In this document: piece after piece, positions 1 through 8,584 of the stretch
Layout of the letters: each line of letters begins with the position of its first letter
Position numbering within the stretch: position 1 is the stretch's first letter
Source: Myxococcota bacterium
GTDB taxonomy: Bacteria > Myxococcota_A > Polyangia > Polyangiales > Sandaracinaceae
Assembly: GCA_036149055.1 (NCBI GenBank)
Contig: JAYZQJ010000226.1
Span: forward strand, 1-25,926
DNA: 25,926 nt
Direction: 5' to 3'
Notes under the pieces: generated by a model
What the model was told of the DNA's origin: nothing
The model's input: the letters and a program-made list of their open reading frames with translations, nothing else
The model's database searches: none
Made by a program: the position numbers and the translations under genes

Positions 1-910
1 GCGGGATGGAGACTCGCCGCCTCGACGGCGAGACTGCCTGCGGCTCTGAGGCTGTCTATTTGTCTCTCGCAGAGGCGCAGAGACGCAGAGGGGTCGGGCT
101 GGCCGCGGGATGGAGACTCGCCGCCGGGATGGCGAGACGGCCGGCGAGTCGACGACTGTCTTTTTGGGCTCTCGCCAAGGCGCGAAGGCGCAAAGATGGA
201 TGAGGGGCCACGGGATGGAGACTCGCCGCCGGCGAGGGCGAGACTGCCGGCGGCTCGGGGACTGTCTATTTATCTCTCGCAGAGGCGCAGGGACGCAGAG
301 GGGTTGGCTTGGCCGCGGGATGGGGGACTCGCCCCCGGGTACCGAGGCCACTATCGACTGGTCGTTCTTCGGCGTTCTGTCTCGACACGGGCTGCACGGT
401 TCCATGGCGTCGTCGCCTCGCCGCCACCCACCCGCTCCCGCACGTGGCCCTGGGCTCGCCCGTGCCCGTGCCCGTGCCCTTGCCCGCTGAAGAGGCATCC
501 CGAACGAGTCGGGTCCCACGGCCTGGGCTCGGAACCGGGCGCTACGCGAGAGCCGAGGAACCCCGCTACCACGACCGCACCACCGAACGAGCCCCCAGGC
601 TCGGGGCCGCCAGGTAACCGCCGGCCAGCCCCCACCCCGCGGCCCCTTCATCATCTTTGCGCCTTCGCGCCTTTGCGAGAGCCCAAAAAGCCGAAGCGAC
701 CAGCGCGAGAACCCAACCCGAGGGAAGCAGGTAACCGCCGGCCAGCCTCCACCCCGTCGCCTCTCTGCGCCTCTGCGCCTCTGCGAGAAATTATTTGCCC
801 CCCGAAGCCCCCACCACGAAGCAGGCCTGAACCCGCCGGCCAGCCCCCACCCCGCGGCCCCTTCATCTCATCTTTGCGCCTTCGCGCCTTGGCGAGAGCC
901 CAAAGACCGA
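1..910. repeat. Modular fold-back intergenic repeat cluster (REP/BIME/REPIN-like); left end cut by the window
   Basis: (G/A)CGGGATGG(A/G)GACTCGCC recurs at 1, 105, 210 and 315 (period 104-105 bp). Cores alternate between TCTCGCAGAGGCGCAGAGACGCAGAG (A; ~65, ~275) and CTCTCGCCAAGGCGCGAAGGCGCAAAG (B; ~169). Reverse-complement copies B', A', B'' lie at ~655-685, ~762-790 and ~869-904. A central (CCCGTG)n module is at ~459-487. Confidence 0.9.
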
Positions 911-933
911 AGAGCCCCCAAACGAGCGCAAGA

Positions 934-1842
934 TCACTCGAGGGTGACGAGGAGGGCGTTGATGGTGGCGCGGTAGGCCACCACGCTCAGGGCGCGGGCG
1001 TCGCTCTTCACGACCAGAGAGGTCGAGTAGCCGCCGTCGAGACCGAGGGCCTCGCGGGCCGACACCCCGCCCTCCGAGGCCGGGCGGGTGAGGAGGGTAG
1101 CCCACTCGCCGAGGGTCGGGCCGGTGCGGGTCGAGTCGGGGCCGAGCTCGATGCGGGCGTCGTCCTCCCGGGCGATGGCGCGCTCGTCGAAGGCGACCAC
1201 GAGATGCACGGCGCCGTCGGCGTCGATCGCGACCGCGCTCCGGGCGGCGCGGCGGGCGGACGCGGTCGGGCTCACCAGGCTCTCGCCTCCGTCCACGAGG
1301 CGGTCGACGCTCTGCAGGGCCTCGCGGATGGAAGGCGACGGCGCGAAGTCGTCCTGGTGCACGACCCGGGCGCGCTCGCCGTCGACGAAGAACACGCCGG
1401 AGCCGCCGCGCGCGGTGAGCGGCGCGCGGTCGGCGCCCTCGGTGCGGACCAGGCCCATCGGCTCACCGTCGGTGTCGTAGAAGCCGCCGTCGATCGCGGC
1501 GAACGGGCGCGGCGGAGAGACGCCAGCGAGGATCGCGTCGAGCGGGCGAGGCCCCTCGCTGGGCACCACCCGGACGCGGCGGCCCTGGCCCTCTGTGACG
1601 GTCGCGACGACGACCCGGCCCGCCCAGCCCTCGGCCGTGACCCGGCGAACCGACAGCGTCAGCGCAGAGGCGGTCGCGTGGACCGTCTCCTCCACCTCGG
1701 TCGGGGTCGGGGTCGCGGTCGGGGCCGGGGGCGCGGCGGGCGGGGGGCTCGGCTCGCAGGCGACGAGCGCAGTGAGCACGAGGGTCCAGCGCACGAGGGT
1801 CCAGCGCATCGGGGCGACGACGCGCGCGCGAGGGGAGATCAT
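934..1842 (-). CDS. Phosphodiester glycosidase (NAGPA/DUF2233-like) family lipoprotein
   Basis: C-terminal part of ORF 934..2670. ATG at 1842 overlaps the kinase stop (ATGA); alternative start at 1809. Lipobox LVAC, Pro-rich linker, motifs AAIDGGFY, GVFFV, RSAVAID and ALGLDGGYS resembling NGGFF/RTAVG/NLDGGGS. Confidence 0.75.
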   Translation of the reverse strand: MISPRARVVAPMRWTLVRWTLVLTALVACEPSPPPAAPPAPTATPTPTEVEETVHATASALTLSVRRVTAEGWAGRVVVATVTEGQGRRVRVVPSEGPRPLDAILAGVSPPRPFAAIDGGFYDTDGEPMGLVRTEGADRAPLTARGGSGVFFVDGERARVVHQDDFAPSPSIREALQSVDRLVDGGESLVSPTASARRAARSAVAIDADGAVHLVVAFDERAIAREDDARIELGPDSTRTGPTLGEWATLLTRPASEGGVSAREALGLDGGYSTSLVVKSDARALSVVAYRATINALLVTLE

Positions 1843-3032
1843 TCCGAGACCTGTCCGATGGCGCGCTGGCAGCCCCGCGCGCCGAGGGCCAGGCCCGCCG
1901 CCGAGCACGCCACCAGCACGAGCGCGATCGCGAAGAGGGCGAGGAAGAGGCCCGAGCGCTTCTTCGGCGGGGTCGGATCGCGCGAGACCCGCTGGAGGGT
2001 CGGGGCGTCGGGCGGCGCGGTGAAGCGAGCCGGCTCCACGGGCGACGACGCGCGGGGCAGGTCGAAGGGATCGTCGATCGCGTGGCGGCGACCGTCGGTC
2101 TCCTCGGCGTCGGCGAAGAGATCCACCCCCGCCTCGAGCACCAGGCTGCTCCGCCCGCTCGAGCGGCCGATCGCGGCGGCGAAGGCCTCCGCGAACGCGC
2201 CCATCGTCGCGAAGCGATCCTTCGGGTCCTTGGCCATGGCCCGGGCGATCGCGTCGCCGAGCGCGGGCGGCAGGCCGGGCCGGGCGTCGACCAGCGGGAC
2301 CACCCTGCCCTCCATCACGCAGCCGATCAGCTGCCCCTGATCGCCGGCGGGGAACGGGGAGGCGCCGGTGAGGGCCTCGTAGGTGAGCACGCCGCAGGCG
2401 TAGACGTCGGTGCGCGCGGTGGCGTCCTTCGCGCTCATGATCTGCTCGGGGGCCATGTAGCGCGGCGTGCCGAGCATGACGCCGGTCTTCGTGATCCGGT
2501 CGGTGGTGTGCAGCCGGCTCAGCCCGAAGTCCACCACCTTCACCTCGCCCGTGGCCGAGAGGAAGACGTTGTCGGGCTTGAGATCGCGGTGCACCACGCC
2601 CTGGAGGTGGGCGGCGTCGAGCGCGTCGCACATCTGCACGAGCAGCGGCAGGAAGGCCTCCGGCGACCACGGTCCGTCCGCCTGGGTCGCGGCCTTCAAG
2701 GTCCGCCCCTCGAGCAGCTCCATCGTCAGGTAGTCGACGCCCTCCGCGCTCCGGCCGGCGTCGAGGACCCGCACGATCCCGCCGTGGCCGAGGCCGCGCA
2801 GGATCTCCGCCTCCCGCCGGAAGCGCTCCAGCACGATCTCTTTCCGGGCCCGCTCGGGGTGGAGCACCTTGATGGCCACCGTCGCGCCGCTCTGCGTATC
2901 GGTCGCGGCGAAGACCTTCCCCATCGCGCCCGCGCCGAGCAGCTTCTCCAGCCGGTAGCGCTCGGCGAAGAACGCGCCCGACGTGAAGCCGCTCAACACC
3001 AGCGTGTCGTCGGTCAGGTCCTCGGCGTCCAC
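1839..3032 (-). CDS. Hanks-type Ser/Thr protein kinase with C-terminal transmembrane helix
   Basis: LGAGAMGKV, VAIKVL, HRDLKPDN, DFG, GTPRYMAPE and DVYACG motifs, plus hydrophobic LFLALFAIALVLVA near the C-terminus. GTG start at 3032 is inferred; the upstream part of ORF 1839..4919 is antisense to the MCP. Confidence 0.93.
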   Translation of the reverse strand: MDAEDLTDDTLVLSGFTSGAFFAERYRLEKLLGAGAMGKVFAATDTQSGATVAIKVLHPERARKEIVLERFRREAEILRGLGHGGIVRVLDAGRSAEGVDYLTMELLEGRTLKAATQADGPWSPEAFLPLLVQMCDALDAAHLQGVVHRDLKPDNVFLSATGEVKVVDFGLSRLHTTDRITKTGVMLGTPRYMAPEQIMSAKDATARTDVYACGVLTYEALTGASPFPAGDQGQLIGCVMEGRVVPLVDARPGLPPALGDAIARAMAKDPKDRFATMGAFAEAFAAAIGRSSGRSSLVLEAGVDLFADAEETDGRRHAIDDPFDLPRASSPVEPARFTAPPDAPTLQRVSRDPTPPKKRSGLFLALFAIALVLVACSAAGLALGARGCQRAIGQVSE

Positions 3033-3086
3033 CGGCCGAGGGTACCCGAACGAGACGACGGCGGGGGGCGGGAGTACGCTAGGGGG
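3033..3086. promoter_or_regulatory. Back-to-back putative -10 elements (leaderless divergent promoters)
   Basis: TACCCT on the minus strand (3039-3044) is 6 nt before the kinase GTG. TACGCT on the plus strand (3075-3080) is 6 nt before the MCP GTG. Confidence 0.6.
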
Positions 3087-4688
3087 GTGACCCGATCTCG
3101 ACCCACGGCCGGGGGGCTTGCGTGGCAGAGAACGGTGGCCGGGAGGCTCTTTCTCCTCGCGGCTGCGGTGATCGTGCTCGGCGGCTCGCTCGTGATCGTC
3201 AACCTGCGCGCCTCGAGCGCGCTCCGCGCCCAGCTCGACTGGATCGACGAGGCCGGGCAGCTCCGGCGCGACTCGGCGCAGATGCTCTACCTCGCGCAGC
3301 GCCTCGAGCGAGCCCGCGGGAGCGACCGGCGACGCGTGCGCGGCGACCTCCGGATCGCGGTGGAGGCCTTCCAGGAGCGGCTCACCCGGCTCGAGGCCAA
3401 CGCCCCGGCCGAGGGCCTCGGCGACCTCCGGGTGCGCTGGCGACGCGAGGTCCGGCCCGCCCTCGTGCGGTGGGCGCGGAGCCCGGAGCCCGGCCAGCTC
3501 GACACGCTGCGGCGACTGCTCGGGACCCAGAGCGCGCAGGCCACCCGGCTGGTCGAGGCCGCCATCGAGGCCGACCGCCGCGACTCCGAGCGCGCCGGCA
3601 TGGTGCAGCTCCTCTTGCTCTGCGCCGTGATCGTCGTGGTGGGCGTCGGCCTGCTGCTCACCCGCCGCCTGGCGCGCCGCACCCGTCGGCTCGTCGAGGC
3701 GGCCGACGCGATGGCCGCGGGCGACCACGCGGTGCGCGCGCCGCAGGACGGGGACGACGAGCTCGCCCTGCTCGGCGCGGCGCTCAACCGGGTGGAGCGG
3801 TCGCTGCGGGAGACGATCGACCGGGAGAGCGAGGCGCGCGCCCAGCTCGCGGCCCTGGTGGGCGAGGTGCGCGCGGCGGTCGACGCGATCGCGGGCTCGA
3901 GCCAGCGCATGGTGGGCTCCGCCCAGGCCATCACCCAGCGCGCCTCGCGGCAGAGCGGGCACGTGCTCGACGTCACCACCGCGGTGCTCCAGGCGTCGCG
4001 GGCGAGCGAGGCGGCCAAGCGGCGCGCGGTCGAGGTCGCCGACGCGGCCATCCGCTCGCACTCCACCGCCCGGAGCGGGCGCGACGCGGTCAGCGCGATC
4101 GGCGGCGGCATGGAGCGCGTCCGCGAGCTCGCCGAGCAGGGCGTCGAGGCGCTGCTCGCGCTCGCCGAGCGCGCCGAGACGGTGGGCGAGGTGGTCGCCA
4201 GCGTCGACGACCTCGCGAGCCGCACCCAGATGGTCGCCCTCAACTCGAAGATCCTCGCCGCTCGCGCCGGCGAGCACGGCCGCGGCTTCGCGGTGCTCGC
4301 CCAGGAGATCGCCGCGCTCGCCGTCCGCTCGCGCGAGGCCACCGTGCGCGCCCGCGAGATCCTGGAGGAGATCCGCGTCGCCAGCCTCGCCGGCGTCAGC
4401 CGCTCCCGCGAGACGCGCGACGCGATCTACGAGGCGATGAAGACGATCGGCCGCGCCGACAAGACCATCGACGGCCTCACCGACGCCCTCACCGTCTCGA
4501 GCCAGCTCGCGACCCAGATCCTCGCGTCCATCCGCGAGCACACCACCGGGATGGGCCACCTCCAGACGTCGATGCGCGAGATCGACGCCACCACCAAGGA
4601 CAACCTCGTGTCCGCGCAGGACACCGACGCCGAGGCCCGACAGCTCGACACCCTCGCCTCCCGGCTGCAGCTCCTCCTCGCCTCCTGA
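3087..4688 (+). CDS. Methyl-accepting chemotaxis protein (TM-sensor-TM-HAMP-MA domain)
   Basis: TM1 RLFLLAAAVIVLGGSLVIV, TM2 LLLLCAVIVVVGVGLLL, HAMP (AMAAGD...DELALLGAALN) and signalling tip ALNSKILAARAGEHGRGFAVLAQEI. GTG start at 3087 is inferred within ORF 2082..4688. Confidence 0.9.
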   Translation: MTRSRPTAGGLAWQRTVAGRLFLLAAAVIVLGGSLVIVNLRASSALRAQLDWIDEAGQLRRDSAQMLYLAQRLERARGSDRRRVRGDLRIAVEAFQERLTRLEANAPAEGLGDLRVRWRREVRPALVRWARSPEPGQLDTLRRLLGTQSAQATRLVEAAIEADRRDSERAGMVQLLLLCAVIVVVGVGLLLTRRLARRTRRLVEAADAMAAGDHAVRAPQDGDDELALLGAALNRVERSLRETIDRESEARAQLAALVGEVRAAVDAIAGSSQRMVGSAQAITQRASRQSGHVLDVTTAVLQASRASEAAKRRAVEVADAAIRSHSTARSGRDAVSAIGGGMERVRELAEQGVEALLALAERAETVGEVVASVDDLASRTQMVALNSKILAARAGEHGRGFAVLAQEIAALAVRSREATVRAREILEEIRVASLAGVSRSRETRDAIYEAMKTIGRADKTIDGLTDALTVSSQLATQILASIREHTTGMGHLQTSMREIDATTKDNLVSAQDTDAEARQLDTLASRLQLLLAS

Positions 4689-4739
4689 CGCCCCCCGCTC
4701 CCGAATGCGACGGCTTCGACCCCTCCCACTCGCTGGAAT

Positions 4740-4936
4740 CGAGGAAGGGAGGAAGCGAGGAGGAAGAGGGGGACGAGTGGGCGCTGGCCGAGCCCGCGGC
4801 GATCGACGCCGTGGCGGCCAGCCACCGTCCCGCCGCCCAGCCCAGCCCTCTCCTTCCTCGCTTCCCACCTTCCTCGCTTCCCGCGAGTAGGCGCGGCCCG
4901 AGCCCACGGCGGCCGCCACCTCTTCCTCGCTTCGGC
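4740..4936. repeat. Purine/pyrimidine-rich inverted repeat cluster between convergent genes
   Basis: GAGGAAGGGAGGAAGCGAGGAGGAAGAGGGG (4741-4771) against three copies of CTTCCTCGCTTC at ~4852, ~4868 and ~4922. Confidence 0.65.
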
Positions 4937-4967
4937 GAACGCGAACGGGCGGCCGAGCGGTCGGCGC

Positions 4968-7436
4968 TCAGGAGCGCAGGGTGGGGACGCCCCAGATGTC
5001 GCGGGCGTAGTCGCGGATGGTCTCGTCGGAGCTGAAGCGGCCCATGCGGGCGCTGTTCAGGATGCTCTGGCGGGTCCAGGTGGGGCGGTCGACGTAGCGC
5101 TCCTCGACCGCGCGCTGGGCGGCGAGGTAGGCGTTGAAGTCGGCCAGGTGCACGTAGCGCTCGCCGTCGGCGAGGAGCGCGTCCATCACCGGGGCGAAGG
5201 TGTGGGGGTGCTCGGGGCTGAAGGCGCCCTTGGCGATCGCGTCGACGACCGAGGCGATGCCCTCGTCCGACTCGTAGATGGCGCGCGGGCGGTAGCCCTC
5301 GGCGTGGGTGCGGGCGACCTCCTCGGTCGTGAGGCCGAAGATGAAGATGTTCTCCTTGCCCACCGCCTGCTCGATCTCGACGTTGGCGCCGTCGAGGGTG
5401 CCGATGGTGAGGGCGCCGTTCATCGCGAACTTCATGTTGCCGGTGCCCGACGCCTCCTGGCCGGCGCAGCTGATCTGCTCCGAGAGATCGGCGGCCGGGA
5501 TGAGGCGCTCCGCCATCGAGACGCGGTAGTTGGGCACGTAGAAGACGCGCAGGTGCTTGCGGACCGCGGGGTCGGCGTTGACCACCTTCGCCACCGCGTT
5601 GATGAGGTGGATGATCTCCTTGGCGCGCACGTAGCCGCTCGCCGCCTTGCCGCCGAAGATCACGGTGCGCGGCACCGGCGGGACCTTGCCCGCCTTGATC
5701 TCCTGGTAGCGCTTCACGACGTGCAGCACGTTGAGAAGCTGCCGCTTGTACTCGTGGATGCGCTTGATCTGGATGTCGAAGATCGAGTCCGGATCCAGGC
5801 GGAAGCCGTGCAGGGCCTCGAGGTGCTTCGCGAGGCGGAGCTTGTTCTCCCGCTCGATCCCGCGCCAGCGCTCCTGGAAGGCGGCGTCCTCGGCGTGCGC
5901 CTCGAGCGCGCGCAGCTTCTCGAGGTCGGTCACCCACTCGCGCCCGCCGACCACCTCGGTGATCAGCGCGCTCAGGCCCGGGTTGCACTCGAGGAGCCAC
6001 CGCCGGGGGGTCACCCCGTTGGTCTTGTTGCGGAAGCGGCCCGGGTAGAACGCGTCGAACTCCGGGAACATCTTCTCGCGGAGGAGCTGGCTGTGGAGCG
6101 CGCTCACCCCGTTGACGCTGAAGCTGCCGGCGATCGAGAGGTTCGCCATGCGCACCTCGCCCTGCGGGCGCTGCTCGACGATGGCCATCTTCTTCAGGCG
6201 CGCGTCGTCGTTCGGGTGGCTGCGGCGGATCTCGTCACAGAGGCGGCGGTCGATCTCGCGGATGAGGTCGAGCTGGCGCGGCAGCACCCGGTCGAGCATG
6301 TGCACCGGCCAGGTCTCGAGCGCCTCCGGGAGCAGCGTGTGGTTCGTGTAGGCGAAGCAGCGCTTCGTGATGCTCCACGCGCGCTGCCAGTCCATCAGCT
6401 GCTCGTCGATCAGGATGCGCATCATCTCCGCGACGGCGAGCGCGGGGTGCGTGTCGTTGAGCTGGAAGACCGCGCGGTCGGGCAGGTCGTCGAGGCTCTC
6501 GAAGCGCGACATGTGCCGCTGCACCGCGTCCTGGAGCGAGGCGGAGACGAAGAAGTACTCCTGCCGCAGCCGGAGCTCCTTGCCGGGCGGGCCCGCGTCG
6601 TTCGGGTAGAGGATGCGCGAGATGTTCTCGGCGAAGCCGCGCTGCACGACCGAGCGGTCGTGGTCGCCGGCGTTGAACGCGTCGAGGTCGAAGTCGTTGA
6701 CCGGCACCGCCTTCCAGAGGCGCAGCGTGTTCACCACGCCGTTCTCGAAGCCGGGGATCGGGATGTCGTGCGCGACCGCGTAGACGTCGTCGGTCTGGAG
6801 CCACTCGAAGTGGGTGCGCCCCTGGGTATCCGTGCGGGGCTCGACGCGCCCGTTGTAGCGGACGGTGAAGCGGAGCGAGGTGCGCGGCACCTCCCAGGGC
6901 GTCCCGTGGGTCAGCCAGTTGTCGGGCCTCTCGATCTGGCGGCCGTCGACGATCTCCTGGCGGAAGATGCCGTAGTCGTAGCGGATGCCGTAGCCGACGC
7001 CGGGGATGCCGAGCGTGGCCATCGAGTCCATGAAACACGACGCCAGCCGGCCGAGGCCGCCGTTGCCGAGCGCGGGGTCGTCCTCCGCCTCGAAGAGCGC
7101 GTCGAGGTCGTGGCCGAGCTCGCTCACCGCGGCCCGGGTCTCCTCGAGGATGCCGAGGTTGTAGAGCCCGTCGCGGAGCAGGCGCCCCGGCAGGTACTCC
7201 ATCGAGAGGTAGTAGACGCGCTTCGCCCCCGACTCCCAGTCCCGCTGCCGGGTGTGATGCCAGCGATCGGCCATGCGCGCGCGCGCCGCGTGGGCGACCG
7301 CGTGGAACAGATCGAGCTCGGTCACCGAGTGCTGATCACGGATGCGGACGTGCTCGAGGTGATCGAGGATCGAGTCGCGGATGGACGCGCGGTCCATGCC
7401 GAGCTCGTGGTGCGGGATCTTCGCGTCGAGGGTCAT
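4968..7436 (-). CDS. glgP: Glycogen/starch/alpha-glucan phosphorylase
   Basis: YYLSMEY, LGNGGLGRLASCF, LRLRQEYFFVSASLQD, QLNDTHP, YTNHTLLPEALE, NKTNGVTPRRW, QIKRIHEYKRQ and EASGTGNMK (PLP lysine). Start MTLDAK at 7436 is inferred. Confidence 0.98.
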   Translation of the reverse strand: MTLDAKIPHHELGMDRASIRDSILDHLEHVRIRDQHSVTELDLFHAVAHAARARMADRWHHTRQRDWESGAKRVYYLSMEYLPGRLLRDGLYNLGILEETRAAVSELGHDLDALFEAEDDPALGNGGLGRLASCFMDSMATLGIPGVGYGIRYDYGIFRQEIVDGRQIERPDNWLTHGTPWEVPRTSLRFTVRYNGRVEPRTDTQGRTHFEWLQTDDVYAVAHDIPIPGFENGVVNTLRLWKAVPVNDFDLDAFNAGDHDRSVVQRGFAENISRILYPNDAGPPGKELRLRQEYFFVSASLQDAVQRHMSRFESLDDLPDRAVFQLNDTHPALAVAEMMRILIDEQLMDWQRAWSITKRCFAYTNHTLLPEALETWPVHMLDRVLPRQLDLIREIDRRLCDEIRRSHPNDDARLKKMAIVEQRPQGEVRMANLSIAGSFSVNGVSALHSQLLREKMFPEFDAFYPGRFRNKTNGVTPRRWLLECNPGLSALITEVVGGREWVTDLEKLRALEAHAEDAAFQERWRGIERENKLRLAKHLEALHGFRLDPDSIFDIQIKRIHEYKRQLLNVLHVVKRYQEIKAGKVPPVPRTVIFGGKAASGYVRAKEIIHLINAVAKVVNADPAVRKHLRVFYVPNYRVSMAERLIPAADLSEQISCAGQEASGTGNMKFAMNGALTIGTLDGANVEIEQAVGKENIFIFGLTTEEVARTHAEGYRPRAIYESDEGIASVVDAIAKGAFSPEHPHTFAPVMDALLADGERYVHLADFNAYLAAQRAVEERYVDRPTWTRQSILNSARMGRFSSDETIRDYARDIWGVPTLRS

Positions 7437-7513
7437 GGTGAGTCGAAGCGTTCTCGAATGTGGAGCGTAACGCAACCCTGAGTCGCGCACGGGTGTTCAG
7501 CGCATGAACGCCG

Positions 7514-8584
7514 CTAGCGGCAGCGCGGTTGATAGGCGGTACGTACCACCGCCTCGGCGAGCTTGTCTCTCGGCGAGAAGCCGTGAGGGCCCTCCTCGTC
7601 GGTGGTCGGGTCCGTGAACCACTTCCACAGGTAGAGCCCGGAGACGCGCTCACGACCCGAAATCGAGGCAAAGAGCCTCCGGTAGGCGCGCGCCTGCGCT
7701 TCTTCGCTCACCCGGGGCCGGCCCAGGCGCTCCGGCCACTCGTGCGGGTGCACCTCGGTGCCCTCGATGGCCTTGTAGCCGACCTCGGTGATCAGGAGCG
7801 GCCGGCCGGCGCGCGCCGCGATCCGCTCGAGCCCGTCGAGCCGTCGATCGAGGGCGGCCCGCATCGCCTCGTCCTCTGCGCCGAGTCCTCGGGCGAGCGG
7901 CGGGTAGAGCTGCACGCCGACGTGATCGAGCGCCGGCCAGAAGGCGACGTCGCCTACCCGGTCCCAGTTCGCGGCGAAGGTCAGCTCGCCGTCGTAGACC
8001 TCTCGCACGTCTCGGATCAGCGCCCGCCAGCGGGCCGCGTCGTCGGTCGGCAGCTCCACCCCGACGCAGAGCATCGCCACGTCGAGCCGCGCGGCCATGC
8101 GCGCGTAGTGCAGGGTGAAGGCGCGGTAGCTCTGCCACCACGCGTCCGGGTCGGCGGGCCTGAGGTCTCCGCGCCACGCGCCGCCCGCGATCCAGACGTG
8201 CGGCTTGAGGAAGACCCGCAGGCCGAGGGCGTGCGCGGCGCGGATCTCCCGCTCCATGCGCGCGTCGTTCTCCGCCTCGGGGCGCGCGGTGGCGAGCCCC
8301 ACCTCGCTCGCCTCGAGCGACCGCATGAAGCCGAAGGGCGTGAGGCTGACCCAGCGCACGCCGAGCTCGCGCAGCTCGCGCAGGGTCGCCGCGCTGGTCT
8401 CGGTGCCGTAGCCGCGCGCGCCGCCGTGCTGGTAGTTGTGCGCGACGCTCATGCCCGCGTGCATGCGCGCCGGGACGGAGGCGACGTCTTCGACGCAGCC
8501 CTCCGGCCGCGCGGGCGCCTCCTCCTCGTCGCACGCTCCCAGGAGGCCGAGGAGAAGGGAGGCCAGCGCGGCGGTGCGGGTCAT
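7514..8584 (-). CDS. Glycoside hydrolase family 113-like (TIM barrel, beta-mannanase-like) lipoprotein
   Basis: Lipobox LLGAC; GVRWVSLTPF, GLRVFLKPH, CVGVEL (putative acid/base Glu), TFAANWD and LITEVGY (putative nucleophile). ATG at 8584 overlaps the peptidase stop. Confidence 0.8.
   Translation of the reverse strand: MTRTAALASLLLGLLGACDEEEAPARPEGCVEDVASVPARMHAGMSVAHNYQHGGARGYGTETSAATLRELRELGVRWVSLTPFGFMRSLEASEVGLATARPEAENDARMEREIRAAHALGLRVFLKPHVWIAGGAWRGDLRPADPDAWWQSYRAFTLHYARMAARLDVAMLCVGVELPTDDAARWRALIRDVREVYDGELTFAANWDRVGDVAFWPALDHVGVQLYPPLARGLGAEDEAMRAALDRRLDGLERIAARAGRPLLITEVGYKAIEGTEVHPHEWPERLGRPRVSEEAQARAYRRLFASISGRERVSGLYLWKWFTDPTTDEEGPHGFSPRDKLAEAVVRTAYQPRCR

Noticed and set aside
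1..340. CRISPR array (regular ~105-bp periodicity)
   Set aside because: The between-core segments are homologous to each other rather than unique spacers, the period is too long, the repeats are degenerate and occur in both orientations, and no cas genes are present.
6..1105. Short ORFs in the repeat region (6..203, 110..490, 309..617, 351..635, 651..866, 863..1105) and the N-terminus of 196..2340
   Set aside because: They are translations of the repeat cores (RRGAEAQR, RKGAKAQR, LCASAPLRE) with no domain signal; open frames are expected in stop-poor GC-rich DNA.
1839..4919. 1026-aa kinase, 868-aa MCP, 903-aa peptidase and 860-aa hydrolase as given by the ORF track (apparent large fusions)
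   Set aside because: The N-terminal extensions overlap other real genes. The recognisable domains begin at internal starts (3032, 3087, 9969, 19254).
5148..7481. Long antisense or alternate-frame ORFs (5148..7481, 8620..10008, 12012..15293, 21446..23404, 23245..25401, 3122..5035 and others)
   Set aside because: Shadow ORFs of well-supported genes, caused by high GC3; they are Arg/Ala/Gly/Pro-rich and lack motifs.
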